DNA from: a virus
Taxonomy: Duplodnaviria; Caudoviricetes
Virus record (IMG/VR): IMGVR_UViG_3300012956_000018
Coordinates: 1 to 64,000 of that record
Length of the DNA stretch: 64,000 nt
Direction: 5' to 3' (one strand)
Below the pieces are notes generated by a model. It had not been told where the DNA came from, did not search any database, and was given only the letters and a program-made list of their open reading frames with translations. Shown piece by piece: positions 48,084-58,790 of this stretch; within the stretch, counting starts at the first letter, position 1; the number at the start of each line of letters is the position of its first letter. Made by a program: the position numbers and the translations under genes.

Positions 48084-49412
48084 TTAGCCACTCATACCAT
48101 CAATAATTAAATCCCCTTTTGTATCTCTAGCTTTCCAAGTGGCTAGTATTTGATCGTATTTTTCCTGACTAATTTCTTCTATTTTACCATAATGATATTT
48201 AAATTGTAATCTAAATGTCTTACTATCCTGACCTCTTCTAACCTTAGCTATGTGACTTGTTCCGATTAACCTACATTCAGGGTTTCTCCCTATTAAAAAC
48301 ATCATATCAACATGCATCTGCTTCTTTGAAGATTCATTAGGCGCTTCTTTAGGAAGATACTCAGTCCCCCAATATGCTGGCTTAATCTGTGAGGCTATCA
48401 TTGTTGCATGACTACTCTTACCAAATCCTTTTAGCTGAGAATAAGTAGTTCCGCCTTCTTTATACATACTATCTGTAGATTCTTGCAAATTGGCATCGTA
48501 ATCTATTATTAACATATCAAACTTAAATTGACGTCTTAATACTTTTAATTTAGATATCAATTCATATATAGTAATAGAATCAGATGGATATGCTTGTATC
48601 TTTAAATTCTTAAATCTACTTCTTATATCTGGTGTATAGAATTTCTCGTATTCCGATGCTATATTTTCTACTAATTCATCCCGACTCCAACACGCAATAT
48701 ACTGTACTCCAGCATCAAATACTTCCATATCACCTAAAAATACATGAGCTACTTTAAATCCTTGATCTACAAAGTAAGCTCCCTCATTAATCATATACGT
48801 AGTCTTACCTACTCCAGTTTCTGCTCCCACTAAAATAACATCCCCATATTTAAATCCCTTGTACGTTAAGTTCTTATTTATTACTGAATATTTAGATCTC
48901 ATAATTACTCCTCCAGGAGGAAGAGATTCTTCTTGAGATCTAGCTAGTACTTCAGGATTACTTAAATCTAGAAATTCTTCTCTAGATATAGAGAATTGAG
49001 CAGCATCTACTAACTGATTATAATGTTGAGGATCGCCTATCTTGCTTGAATCCTTAGAATTAACTACATTATAAATGACTCTAGTTAATTTACATTCTCT
49101 AATAAAATCTTCTATAATCTTTATTCTTATATTTATTTCATCTTCTGAAGAATATTCCCTAGTAGCTCCCTTGAGTATATTTAAGCAATCGATTACTGAT
49201 AATTCAGTAACATTAGGAATCTTATGTAGCTCTATAGAGAATGTAGCAGCATCTGGTATAACATTATCGAATATTTTATTGGATATAGCTATATAGAAAT
49301 ACTTAGCTTCGTCTACTCTAAAGAACTCTGATTTCAGATACGGTATTACTGATTCTCTAATCTTAGGATGAACTAGTAATTGTACTATTGAATATTCTTT
49401 AATTTGGGACAT
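48084..49412 (-). CDS. dnaB: DnaB-like replicative helicase
   Basis: Walker A GAETGVGKT, LIIDY, IASQ, ESSKKQMHVD, AKVRRG. Confidence 0.85.
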   Translation of the reverse strand: MSQIKEYSIVQLLVHPKIRESVIPYLKSEFFRVDEAKYFYIAISNKIFDNVIPDAATFSIELHKIPNVTELSVIDCLNILKGATREYSSEDEINIRIKIIEDFIRECKLTRVIYNVVNSKDSSKIGDPQHYNQLVDAAQFSISREEFLDLSNPEVLARSQEESLPPGGVIMRSKYSVINKNLTYKGFKYGDVILVGAETGVGKTTYMINEGAYFVDQGFKVAHVFLGDMEVFDAGVQYIACWSRDELVENIASEYEKFYTPDIRSRFKNLKIQAYPSDSITIYELISKLKVLRRQFKFDMLIIDYDANLQESTDSMYKEGGTTYSQLKGFGKSSHATMIASQIKPAYWGTEYLPKEAPNESSKKQMHVDMMFLIGRNPECRLIGTSHIAKVRRGQDSKTFRLQFKYHYGKIEEISQEKYDQILATWKARDTKGDLIIDGMSG

Positions 49413-49418
49413 TACTTA

Positions 49419-50000
49419 TTAGCCATATAACAATATGTGGATTCTTATTGACTGAGGGCTAGATGTTGGTATAGATACTTTCTCCACATAATTTGAGAAC
49501 GACTGAGAATCATCTAAATGACTAGATAATCTTTCAAATATACCATCTTCAATGACTTTGGTCAGATTAGTTATGTCATAAGCTCTATATACTTTTAAAT
49601 TATTCACATCATTATATATTGTTGTTTCATGTAAATAGTATATATATGCTATTTTAATTATTTTAATATTCTTTGCTACTTCCTCTGGTACATTTATCTT
49701 GGACCAAGATCTTCCTGATTTTATTGGTGAGGATAAGTGATTAGATATATTATTAGCAAATTCATAAGCTTCAGGAGATTTATACATTCTTCCTATTTTA
49801 CGATTTATGCGATATACATCTCCTGCTGTGATAAGTGTATTATCCTTTATAGTAGACCATATACACTCGGCATATCTTAATTTTAAATCTTTATTTATTA
49901 CTTCAATAGGTGGGTGAAGTATGCTAGGAATTTCTGACCATATTCTAGGTAGAGAATCTATAATAGGATATAATATATCATGATATATAACATCACTCAT
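49419..50000 (-). CDS. hypothetical protein
   Basis: 193-aa ORF coupled to polA. Confidence 0.6.
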   Translation of the reverse strand: MSDVIYHDILYPIIDSLPRIWSEIPSILHPPIEVINKDLKLRYAECIWSTIKDNTLITAGDVYRINRKIGRMYKSPEAYEFANNISNHLSSPIKSGRSWSKINVPEEVAKNIKIIKIAYIYYLHETTIYNDVNNLKVYRAYDITNLTKVIEDGIFERLSSHLDDSQSFSNYVEKVSIPTSSPQSIRIHILLYG

Positions 50001-51945
50001 TAATAAATGTTCCTGTCAGTATTCCTGATTTTTTAATAATTGTAGATCCTATTTCCCTAGAATAAGATCTCTTTACTAGAAATAATTCACTAAATGATGT
50101 ATAGTATTCTTCTTGATCTGTTATAGTAATATTAATGTCTTTGCATATGCGATTTAGGGAAGAAACTAGAGCGGTTATGGAAGACTCCTCACCTTCAATT
50201 TTGGCATCAATAGAGTAGGATCCGTCTTTATTAAGGACAATTGGACGAGTATTGTTATTGCCCACAAAACTCACTAACCTATTGCCTGCTGTACCTATTT
50301 CAAAATCAATCTTAGCTGGGAAATTCCATTCCTTCTGAGCCTGGTCCTCTGCTATTATAGGAATTTGATAACATACTGGGATAGCATGTTTAATATGCGT
50401 ATCGATATCCCCAGCATCATGAGTAAAGCAATAAGGTTTAGCTATATAATTATTATCTTGAATGAATCTTGATATTCTGGCTATAGATACGCCAGCTATT
50501 TGCGAGGCTCCATTTTGAACTGGGTAATTGCCACTTTGACGCTTGGCTTCTGCAATGGAGTACTCTTGAGACCTATCAAACGGAATAATGATAGTATCGC
50601 CCCATAGAGTAGTGACTTCTCCTTTGGTAAGTACTTCTTCATGACGTGCTTTCCTCCATTCATCTATACGAGGAAACATTCCAAAGAATCTCTCGAAGAA
50701 ATCTGTAGCTGCTGCTAAATTGCCATTCATAAATGAGTCAGCAAATGCCTGGTAACTCTGGCCGTAAATCGCTCCGAATGATGCTAATTTAGCAAATTTT
50801 CTCTCTTGATCAGTTACTTCATTTTCATTCTTGTTCCATATTTTAGATGCTACATACTTATGAATATCTTTACCATCTTTATACGCTTGTAATAATCCCT
50901 CATCCTGACACAATAATGCCAAAACTCTAATCTCTATTTGTGAATAGTCGAAATGGATTAATACACCATCTTCATAATATCTACTCTTTTGAATATTTCG
51001 TATTTCTGAATTGGCGGGGATTACATGAGCTGTTGATGTCCATCTTTTGGTTATTGCTGTATTAGCTCTGAATTCTGGACAGAATAAGTAATCTTCACTA
51101 ATATCTATATTTTCTTTATATGGAGATAGTCTTCTTACTAATCTGGAGTTTTGCATATCCAATCGTGAGACTACTTTAACCGACGACCTTCCAGGTGTCC
51201 CCCATATGTAGGTATTCTTGGCTTTTTGTATTTTCTTGAATAGTCTGTAATAAAGAATAGTTTCTGCTTCTTGAGTATAAGTTTTAGAATTATCTATATC
51301 TACTCCCATGTAGGTTATAATAGATATAAATAGCTCATGAAGAATTTCGTGGCTAGTTCCTTCTAATACATAATTAGAATATTTTGAAATTAAATTTAGT
51401 TCGCTGTTTGTAAATATATTATCTTTATATAAGCTAGGGATACTATCTCTAATGGTATCTAAAACTTCAAGTTTACTATTTCTTTTGATTATTGGATTTG
51501 ATTCTTCTGAAGATGTTTCTGCTATCAACTGAAGCATCATAGATAAATTAGGATAATCACTATTTTCTGAATTTGATAAGATTTCTGATTTTAGCTTATT
51601 TAACATTAAGCACATCTTGAGTCTTTTTGTTATTAAGATAGACTCGAATTTTGCTCTAGCATTCTTGTCTGATGCTTCAGGATTAAAAATCGATTTTAGT
51701 ACATTTATATCTGTAGTAGCTTGAATATTTATTATATCTTGAGTAGATATATTAAGAATATTGATTACATGAGGAAGAAGCAGTAATTTCTTTAATACTT
51801 CAATAGCTAGATCTGTATAAATAAAATCTAGTTTAGTAGCTTCTTCATCATCCCATCGTATACCATTTAATTGTAGTTCGTACGATAGATAATTATGTTC
51901 GTTGAAGTATGAAGCAGTCTTAAGCAGATCTTTTTGTAAGCTCAT
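49993..51945 (-). CDS. polA: family A DNA polymerase, polymerase domain
   Basis: Motif A FDYSQIEIRVLA, motif B RKFAKLASFGAIYG, NYPVQNG, motif C THD. Confidence 0.9.
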   Translation of the reverse strand: MSLQKDLLKTASYFNEHNYLSYELQLNGIRWDDEEATKLDFIYTDLAIEVLKKLLLLPHVINILNISTQDIINIQATTDINVLKSIFNPEASDKNARAKFESILITKRLKMCLMLNKLKSEILSNSENSDYPNLSMMLQLIAETSSEESNPIIKRNSKLEVLDTIRDSIPSLYKDNIFTNSELNLISKYSNYVLEGTSHEILHELFISIITYMGVDIDNSKTYTQEAETILYYRLFKKIQKAKNTYIWGTPGRSSVKVVSRLDMQNSRLVRRLSPYKENIDISEDYLFCPEFRANTAITKRWTSTAHVIPANSEIRNIQKSRYYEDGVLIHFDYSQIEIRVLALLCQDEGLLQAYKDGKDIHKYVASKIWNKNENEVTDQERKFAKLASFGAIYGQSYQAFADSFMNGNLAAATDFFERFFGMFPRIDEWRKARHEEVLTKGEVTTLWGDTIIIPFDRSQEYSIAEAKRQSGNYPVQNGASQIAGVSIARISRFIQDNNYIAKPYCFTHDAGDIDTHIKHAIPVCYQIPIIAEDQAQKEWNFPAKIDFEIGTAGNRLVSFVGNNNTRPIVLNKDGSYSIDAKIEGEESSITALVSSLNRICKDINITITDQEEYYTSFSELFLVKRSYSREIGSTIIKKSGILTGTFINE

Positions 51946-53392
51946 ATATTGTTAGTTCGTGCAGTCTTCTAGTATTCCAAGAATCTCGGCAGCAATATTC
52001 TCCTACTAACTCTGCCGGACTTTGAGTAAATTTAGCTTCAGTGCTTCCTATTTCATGAGATTCTTGTAGAATCTTGAGCAAGTTAATCCATGTTCTATCT
52101 TCTGGTATATTATATAGATATGCAGTGTCTTTTATATACTTTAGAGAAGTAATCAAACTGGTATCTTTGTCGTTTATATGATTATATTTTCTTTTAATAT
52201 TTTTTAATTCTTCTACTGATAATGACGTAACATTTATGCTCGAATCTTCTTCACATGCTAAAGATTCTTGATCTTCGTACTTTTTAATAACATTATTAAA
52301 TCCATCAGATTCGATAATTTGCATATAATAGTTCTGATATTTAACTCCCTTTCTCCATCTGGGTTTAGTTAAATTAATAACGTTGGTTAAATTAATAAGC
52401 CACTCATTATGATAATCTGTCCATCTTCTTTCATTTAAATAGAGGGCAGATATCTCCTTAAGTCCGCCAGTCCAGTTTAATACTCTACAGTACTGCATAG
52501 TATCCTGTAATCTAAGCAATTCTATATTAAATATATTAAAAGAAGCTGGTACTTCGTAACATAAATTAAATACTGCTACTTTATTCTGATTTCTACCAAG
52601 AAATTCTTTTATTTTTAATTTTATACTATCTTCTATAATACCATCATAGTTATCAAAATGTTTAAATGCCATATATGCAGCATAGCCACTCCTAGCAAAT
52701 GATATGCCGGCAATATGAAAATCTTTGCTCAGAGTTTCTAGTGAAGATCCTTCTATATCATACCCGATTAATTCAGCATCTTCAAACTTATTTAAGAATT
52801 CATCTATTTTATCTGGATAATAGATGTCGAATTTCATCTCTTCAGTATTCTGATCTTTTAGAATACTGGGGCTTGCTGCAATTATTGCTTCTTTTATCTG
52901 AGAGAGCCACTTGTTATATTGATGTCCACTAGATCCACCCTGCCTTAGTATATAAGAAGGATGCCAGCATACTCTGATAGGTATATCTTCAAATTTGAAA
53001 GTATGATTAGAAGCGAATGCTCCTACTGACCAATCAAATATATCAGTAAGAGCCGAAGCTGCTGTACCACCTAAACAGAGAATTGATTTAGGATTACATA
53101 ATCTGATATCTTGTTTAACTATCTCTCTATATTCTAGTATTTCTTCTTGAGAAGGAGTTCTATTAGATTTATTATCGTCTTCAAGAGGTCTATATGGTAC
53201 TGTATTAAATAGCCTAACTTTATCTAACGTCAATCCCAGTTCTTCTAAAGCTGATCTAAATAGTTGCCCTGATCTTCCTATCAAGGGTCTTAGCTGTGAG
53301 TCTTCTTCTTGACCAGGTGCTTCTGCTACAACATATATAAGAGGATTATCACTGCCTTCAGGAGGAACAAATCTATCACTAAGACTAGCCAT
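51920..53392 (-). CDS. uracil-DNA glycosylase (family 4-like) fused to the PolA 3'-5' exonuclease domain
   Basis: AEAPGQEED..RPLIGRSG, NRTP, WHPSYILR; then Exo I YDIE, Exo II FNLCYE and Exo III YCCRD. Confidence 0.85.
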   Translation of the reverse strand: MASLSDRFVPPEGSDNPLIYVVAEAPGQEEDSQLRPLIGRSGQLFRSALEELGLTLDKVRLFNTVPYRPLEDDNKSNRTPSQEEILEYREIVKQDIRLCNPKSILCLGGTAASALTDIFDWSVGAFASNHTFKFEDIPIRVCWHPSYILRQGGSSGHQYNKWLSQIKEAIIAASPSILKDQNTEEMKFDIYYPDKIDEFLNKFEDAELIGYDIEGSSLETLSKDFHIAGISFARSGYAAYMAFKHFDNYDGIIEDSIKLKIKEFLGRNQNKVAVFNLCYEVPASFNIFNIELLRLQDTMQYCRVLNWTGGLKEISALYLNERRWTDYHNEWLINLTNVINLTKPRWRKGVKYQNYYMQIIESDGFNNVIKKYEDQESLACEEDSSINVTSLSVEELKNIKRKYNHINDKDTSLITSLKYIKDTAYLYNIPEDRTWINLLKILQESHEIGSTEAKFTQSPAELVGEYCCRDSWNTRRLHELTIYELTKRSA

Positions 53393-53825
53393 AAGACTTT
53401 TCTACTATTTTAAATGCTGATTTTAATTGCCATTCTAGAGATTCAAGATAATTTGCTAACTCATTTATTTGAGTATAGATATCTTGGGCATTTACTGCCC
53501 TATTATCTCTATAAATCAATTCACTTCTCTCTCCTTGGGCTCTATATCCTTCATTCTTTAGCTCTTCAATTTCTTCAGCAATGATGGAACATCTAGTCAT
53601 CCATCTTCTGTTAGCTTCTACTCTTAATTGAGATTTAAGGTGAGATAACTTCTTTTGATACTGAAGATTTTGTATTGCATATTGATGAGATTGAGCTCTT
53701 AAATCAGCCATAGGGATGCCTCTTTCTATAATAGATTCAGCATCCTTAATAATAGAAGACTCAGTCTCCGATAACAACTCAGTATACAAATCTCTTAAAG
53801 AAATACTACTTGATAGCTCCGACAT
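53385..53825 (-). CDS. UvsY-like recombination mediator
   Basis: All-helical 146-aa protein ending YLESLEWQLKSAFKIVE; located in the replication block. Confidence 0.45.
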   Translation of the reverse strand: MSELSSSISLRDLYTELLSETESSIIKDAESIIERGIPMADLRAQSHQYAIQNLQYQKKLSHLKSQLRVEANRRWMTRCSIIAEEIEELKNEGYRAQGERSELIYRDNRAVNAQDIYTQINELANYLESLEWQLKSAFKIVEKSYG

Positions 53826-55122
53826 TCAGTTCCTTAAAATAGTAATATTCGGTCTTTGAAAGTTTATCTTTAACAATATCTATCTTATCACTTATTAATT
53901 TGATTGGAAATTCTTTAGAACTGAGAGACTTTATAGACTTATTTATACAGTAATCAAATTCATCTTGTGATAATAATAACTTATCTTTGATAATAGATAA
54001 TTCAGTATCACTTATTAGCAACTTAGCTAACTGAGGCCGTATTTCGTGGAATTTCAGTTCTAACTTTAGTTTCTTGAATTGCGATTCTATGCTCCCAGAA
54101 TACCCAGCCATTCCGGCAGAGATGGACGTTTCTAGCCACTCTCTCACTCCTATTGTTCTAGCTATTTTACCGTCAGATACAACACATAAGTGATGTATGT
54201 TTCTTGTTACTGAAGACTTTATTATTGATAATAATTCTTCGTCGCTAATCTTTCTAATTCTTTCGTATCTATGAATAATTATTCTTGTGTTAGTTTTGGA
54301 TTCATCTCGTATAAATACTAATTTCTCTTCTAATTCTCTAGCTAGTGCTCTTTTAATTCTATTATAATTTATTCTATCAGGATTTCCTGTAATAACTATA
54401 CCATATTTGCCTTCTACAGGATCCCATTCATTGTTGACATTGGCCCCTACTGTAACATTACAGTGACCCTTATCATTCAAATTTATTATATCTTCTTCTG
54501 TATATGTTATCCATCCCCCGCCTGTAGCTGAAGGATACAATAGAGGTCTAGATCCCTTGCCAGTTAAGTACCATTCAATATACTGTACTAAAGACTTTGT
54601 AGTGATAGCTGGAATATTACATGTAATACCTATACCTATTCCAGAAGTACCAGATAGTAGTGCATATGGTATGCAGTATGGTAAATATTCAGGCTCTTGG
54701 TAACTTAGATCATTTTCAAATTTAGGAGCATAGTCTTTGTACTTTAAATACTCATTTCCTAATTCGCTAAGCTTTAAACTGGTGTATCTAGCAGCAGCGG
54801 CTCCTACACTAGTAAATCCCTTATGGTATCCCCAATTACCTTTGCCCAGTAAGAGAGAGTGATGTTTATTTACCAACGTTTCAATAGCCGCATTAGTAGA
54901 TGCATCTCCATGAGGATGATACTTGGCCAAAGTATTGCCGGATACTGATGCAGTTTTTACCATATCACTAGCAGCACCACTGTCTTTAGCTGCTAATAAT
55001 ATCCTTCTTTGAACAATCTTTAATCCATCATTAATATGAGGTAGTGATCTTACTGAGTTAACATATTGACCGTAATTTAAATACGCATTCTGTACTAACT
55101 TTAAAGCTGATTCAGTTTTCAT
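53806..55122 (-). CDS. gyrA: type II DNA topoisomerase, GyrA-like subunit (T4 gp52-like, no CTD)
   Basis: RSLPHINDGLKIVQRRIL, YHPHGDAS, catalytic AAARYT. Confidence 0.92.
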   Translation of the reverse strand: MKTESALKLVQNAYLNYGQYVNSVRSLPHINDGLKIVQRRILLAAKDSGAASDMVKTASVSGNTLAKYHPHGDASTNAAIETLVNKHHSLLLGKGNWGYHKGFTSVGAAAARYTSLKLSELGNEYLKYKDYAPKFENDLSYQEPEYLPYCIPYALLSGTSGIGIGITCNIPAITTKSLVQYIEWYLTGKGSRPLLYPSATGGGWITYTEEDIINLNDKGHCNVTVGANVNNEWDPVEGKYGIVITGNPDRINYNRIKRALARELEEKLVFIRDESKTNTRIIIHRYERIRKISDEELLSIIKSSVTRNIHHLCVVSDGKIARTIGVREWLETSISAGMAGYSGSIESQFKKLKLELKFHEIRPQLAKLLISDTELSIIKDKLLLSQDEFDYCINKSIKSLSSKEFPIKLISDKIDIVKDKLSKTEYYYFKELNVGAIK

Positions 55123-55423
55123 AACTCATATTATAGGAGGAATATCGTAATATAGATTATTGCTATTGTACAGATTAGTAATATTACTACTTCTTTAGGA
55201 TAATACTTAATTTCTTTCTCTTTTATCAAAATGATTATAGTCGTTACAGTATACAATAGTAAAAGGATACAATTATTGACTTAACTATTAACATAAAAGG
55301 CTCTGTATAGAGTTTTATAGGCTTTGGAATATTGGGCCTCGGGCCTTGCCCGGCCTTATGTTAAGAAGCGCCTAAGGAGCTTAGAACACGTCTATACGAA
55401 CTAGCAAAAACTATCGGAACCCG

Positions 55424-55630
55424 CTAACCTAGAGCTGTATTTACATAATTCTTAATAATCTTCAGAGCTTCATATTTATCTGATAATGGTATATTTAATT
55501 CAGTTAGTGCACTATCAGTTAATTGACCTATCATATTATAAGAATCTCCTTCAAATTCTTCTTCACACATAGATTCTAAGTCTAGATATTCTAACCATGT
55601 TTCGATATCTTTTTCAAGCTCTCTATTCAT
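55424..55630 (-). CDS. acidic hypothetical protein
   Basis: 68-aa ORF. Confidence 0.55.
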   Translation of the reverse strand: MNRELEKDIETWLEYLDLESMCEEEFEGDSYNMIGQLTDSALTELNIPLSDKYEALKIIKNYVNTALG

Positions 55631-55641
55631 ATATTATAACC

Positions 55642-55863
55642 TTAATAAGCAATATTTTCTATAGGAACAGACATAGTATTATATTTATATAGTTGTATTA
55701 CATCTCCTCGTAATTTTAAATGCATATCAGCATTATTAATGCAATCTGTTCGAGATTCGAATTCTAATTCACTAATTTTTAAATTGTTACTATTGAATAC
55801 TTTCCATCTCCATAGATCAGATACAGAGTCTTTGAATACCACTATAACATTTCTATCTGCCAT
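55642..55863 (-). CDS. YegP/DUF1508-like small protein
   Basis: WRWKVFNSNNLKISELEFESRTDC. Confidence 0.5.
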   Translation of the reverse strand: MADRNVIVVFKDSVSDLWRWKVFNSNNLKISELEFESRTDCINNADMHLKLRGDVIQLYKYNTMSVPIENIAY

Positions 55864-55866
55864 ATA

Positions 55867-57675
55867 TCACCTAATTAGGCCAGCTTCTGTTAATATCCGT
55901 CTCTTACCTTCAGCTGTACCTATAATATTAAATACATCTTTTATAGTCTCTCTATTTACAGTTATTTGAATAAGTCTACGATGATCTTCATTAAATGTTA
56001 CCTTAGCTAGTTGATGAGGATCCATTGATCCTAATCCCTTATAATGTTCATAAGACCATCTGCTATCTAAGTCTTGCTTATTATAAACAGGTCTAAATAC
56101 TCCTCGTTTATCTACTTGGCCGTAAATAGGCATTTCAGCAGCATATACGTAGCCAAGTTCTACTACCTCTGGTGATACGTAGCACAGACACCCTATTAGC
56201 AAAGCTAGAATATTTTGACCATCATAATCGCTATCGGTAGCTAATATGATTTTCTCATACCTGCACTTTTCAGCATTTTGCTTGAAGAATGCTCCTGCTC
56301 CTATAGCATTAATAAGTGATCGTATTTCAATATTCTTAATTATATATTCTATAGGCTGATCTACTACATTAAGTATTTTCCCTCTTAATGGTAGTATTGC
56401 GTGTTTGCTGATATCCCTTGTAGCTATAAGAGATCCGCCAGCACTGTCTCCTTCAATAACAAATAGTTCAGTACCTTCTCTACTCTTTGAATTGCAATCA
56501 ATAAGTTTAGTAGATCCGCTTGATCTTCGTTCCACTACACCATCATTTACTTGACCATGCTCAATAACAGTATCTAGTAATTTCTTTGAAGACAGTTCAT
56601 TTAACGCTCTTCTATATTCTAAAAATCTTGAAATTAGTTTATCTTTATGAGGAGAAGTGCTCAGCCACTTAGTTATAGCTTTTCTGATATTTTCTTTTAA
56701 ATTAACTATAGAATCTTTTCTAATAGATAAGCATTCTTTAGTCTGTGAAGTATATGCTGGAGATTTGAGTTTACAATTAACAAATAATCTTAGTCCACAG
56801 TGCACATCAAATCTTTCAAGTATAGTGCCCTGTATAAATGGTGCCCATGCATCATATATAGCATATATGATTTCATTTATATGAGTACCCCTATCTACTT
56901 GTAGTAAGTTTACTGATCCTTTATATGAAGGTATTTCTGTTTCATCTGTATACCCAATAATTATATCAATCTCCTCCCCATCCACAGTTCCAGAACTTAT
57001 ATGCTGGAATGGAATAGAAGACCCGCCTCCAGTTAGATCTTCATCAGAATACCTAGATATTACTCTATCTTGATATTTGAATACAATATCAGGCAGTAGA
57101 GTAGCTGCTAGCTTTAATTTATCTACTATTACAGATTCTCTAATAACAGTAGATTCAAAGAATTTAGGATTAGGAGAGAATTCTACTAATGACCCGCTAT
57201 GAATTATAGGATCGTTGATATTTGGTATACAGTTATCTAGTGTACTCTGATAAGTACCATTCTCAAACAAATATGTTCTAAATTTACTATTTCTAGCAGT
57301 AGAGATACATAGATATGAAGATAGAGCGTTAACTGCTACTAGTCCTACTCCATGTAATCCAGATGATGTAACATATCCATCACCGCCAAATTTTCCACCA
57401 CTATGTAATTTAGTAGCAGATGCTATTACCGCATCTTCTCCAGTATTAGATTTATAAGGGAATCCTCTACCATGATCAATTACTGAGAGTGATGATTTAT
57501 TCTTATTTAATAATACAGACACTAATTTAGTATGGCCGCCTATCGCTTCATCAATAGCATTATCTATTACTTCTACAGCTAGATGAGTAGGATGTTCAGT
57601 AGATCCAATATACATTCCAGGACGAAGCTGGATAGCTTCTATGTTTTCTAATACTCTAATTGTATCGTATGTCAT
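55867..57675 (-). CDS. gyrB: type II DNA topoisomerase, GyrB-like subunit (unsplit gp39+gp60-like)
   Basis: RPGMYIGS, EVIDNAIDE, LHSGGKF, GLHGVG, EGDSAGG, PLRGKILN, ATDSDYDG, YKGLGSM. Confidence 0.95.
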   Translation of the reverse strand: MTYDTIRVLENIEAIQLRPGMYIGSTEHPTHLAVEVIDNAIDEAIGGHTKLVSVLLNKNKSSLSVIDHGRGFPYKSNTGEDAVIASATKLHSGGKFGGDGYVTSSGLHGVGLVAVNALSSYLCISTARNSKFRTYLFENGTYQSTLDNCIPNINDPIIHSGSLVEFSPNPKFFESTVIRESVIVDKLKLAATLLPDIVFKYQDRVISRYSDEDLTGGGSSIPFQHISSGTVDGEEIDIIIGYTDETEIPSYKGSVNLLQVDRGTHINEIIYAIYDAWAPFIQGTILERFDVHCGLRLFVNCKLKSPAYTSQTKECLSIRKDSIVNLKENIRKAITKWLSTSPHKDKLISRFLEYRRALNELSSKKLLDTVIEHGQVNDGVVERRSSGSTKLIDCNSKSREGTELFVIEGDSAGGSLIATRDISKHAILPLRGKILNVVDQPIEYIIKNIEIRSLINAIGAGAFFKQNAEKCRYEKIILATDSDYDGQNILALLIGCLCYVSPEVVELGYVYAAEMPIYGQVDKRGVFRPVYNKQDLDSRWSYEHYKGLGSMDPHQLAKVTFNEDHRRLIQITVNRETIKDVFNIIGTAEGKRRILTEAGLIR

Positions 57676-57955
57676 TATTTAAGACTTTTTCATTAGAACA
57701 TCTATTCCAATAGTGAGCTATTAACTCAATATCCCAATCTACTACTCTATAATACCCAAATTCAAGTGCTATTATTAATCTATAATATTTAATATTAAGT
57801 ATAGGATTATCATAAGATAAAATAAAGCACTCATCCAAACTCCTCTTAGAAATATAGGGGTCTTGAGTACTTATAAATGGTAATTTATCAACTTCGAATA
57901 AAGAATGATTCCATTCTTCTGGATATTCGTTATCTACTTCTAGTAGTAAGATCAT
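57656..57955 (-). CDS. hypothetical protein
   Basis: 99-aa ORF overlapping the gyrB start. Confidence 0.55.
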   Translation of the reverse strand: MILLLEVDNEYPEEWNHSLFEVDKLPFISTQDPYISKRSLDECFILSYDNPILNIKYYRLIIALEFGYYRVVDWDIELIAHYWNRCSNEKVLNNDIRYN

Positions 57956-58378
57956 CTATGGGCATGGCTTGGAGTTGTTGAATGGTCTGACTCCTATTTG
58001 ATGATTATGTAAAACAGCAGATCCAGTACCAACGAAACTAAATAAATTCCATACTATATTTACTGCTTCCCATGCATTACTAGGATCGCCATTTTCATCA
58101 AATGTCATTCTTGATCTAATCATTTCTGATATTTTGGCATGGCCCCATCCATATAAAACGCCAACAGCAAGTACTTCACTCTCACTTGGGTGTTTACCTA
58201 TGAGTGCCTTAGTCATCCAATTGCTTTCTTCATAACACTCAGGAAATTTGGCTACCTGCAGTGTTTGTACTATATCGATAGCATTCATAGTTTGCCATGC
58301 TACTTCAGTGCCTGTCATTTCTCTAACATTTACACAGCCCGACAGTAATATTGATAATAATATAATTGAATATTTCAT
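57956..58378 (-). CDS. lipoprotein
   Basis: Signal peptide with lipobox LSGC. Confidence 0.7.
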   Translation of the reverse strand: MKYSIILLSILLSGCVNVREMTGTEVAWQTMNAIDIVQTLQVAKFPECYEESNWMTKALIGKHPSESEVLAVGVLYGWGHAKISEMIRSRMTFDENGDPSNAWEAVNIVWNLFSFVGTGSAVLHNHQIGVRPFNNSKPCP

Positions 58379-58379
58379 A

Positions 58380-58592
58380 TTAATCAGCTAACTTTCTATT
58401 TGGGAAATTTCTCATTTTTAATGCACACATAAATGCTTCAGTTAATTTTTCTATTGGGGCAGTCTCTATATTTTCCATAATCCAAAACATTATAGTCTTA
58501 GGTGAACTTTTATCTTGAGATATAAGAGTAAATCTCTCCAATCCCTTACTATCTGCAGTGATTCTACATGAATCAGTAGCTTCTGTTGACAT
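58380..58592 (-). CDS. hypothetical protein
   Basis: 70-aa ORF in a tightly packed operon. Confidence 0.55.
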   Translation of the reverse strand: MSTEATDSCRITADSKGLERFTLISQDKSSPKTIMFWIMENIETAPIEKLTEAFMCALKMRNFPNRKLAD

Positions 58593-58593
58593 A

Positions 58594-58776
58594 TTACTTC
58601 CTAAATATATTTAATACTTTATCTATGAATGATACATCTTTCTCTTTTATCTTAACTGATTCATCATTCACTGTAACTATCTTATCTTTGTCAACATGAT
58701 GTTCTTTATGATTATTTCGTCTATTTCTAGGGTCGGTGATTCGTCTATATGGTGATCTTACTCTGCTGCGATTCAT
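58594..58776 (-). CDS. basic hypothetical protein
   Basis: Arg-rich 60-aa ORF with GGAG RBS. Confidence 0.5.
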   Translation of the reverse strand: MNRSRVRSPYRRITDPRNRRNNHKEHHVDKDKIVTVNDESVKIKEKDVSFIDKVLNIFRK

Positions 58777-58790
58777 ACTTTTGCTCCTAA

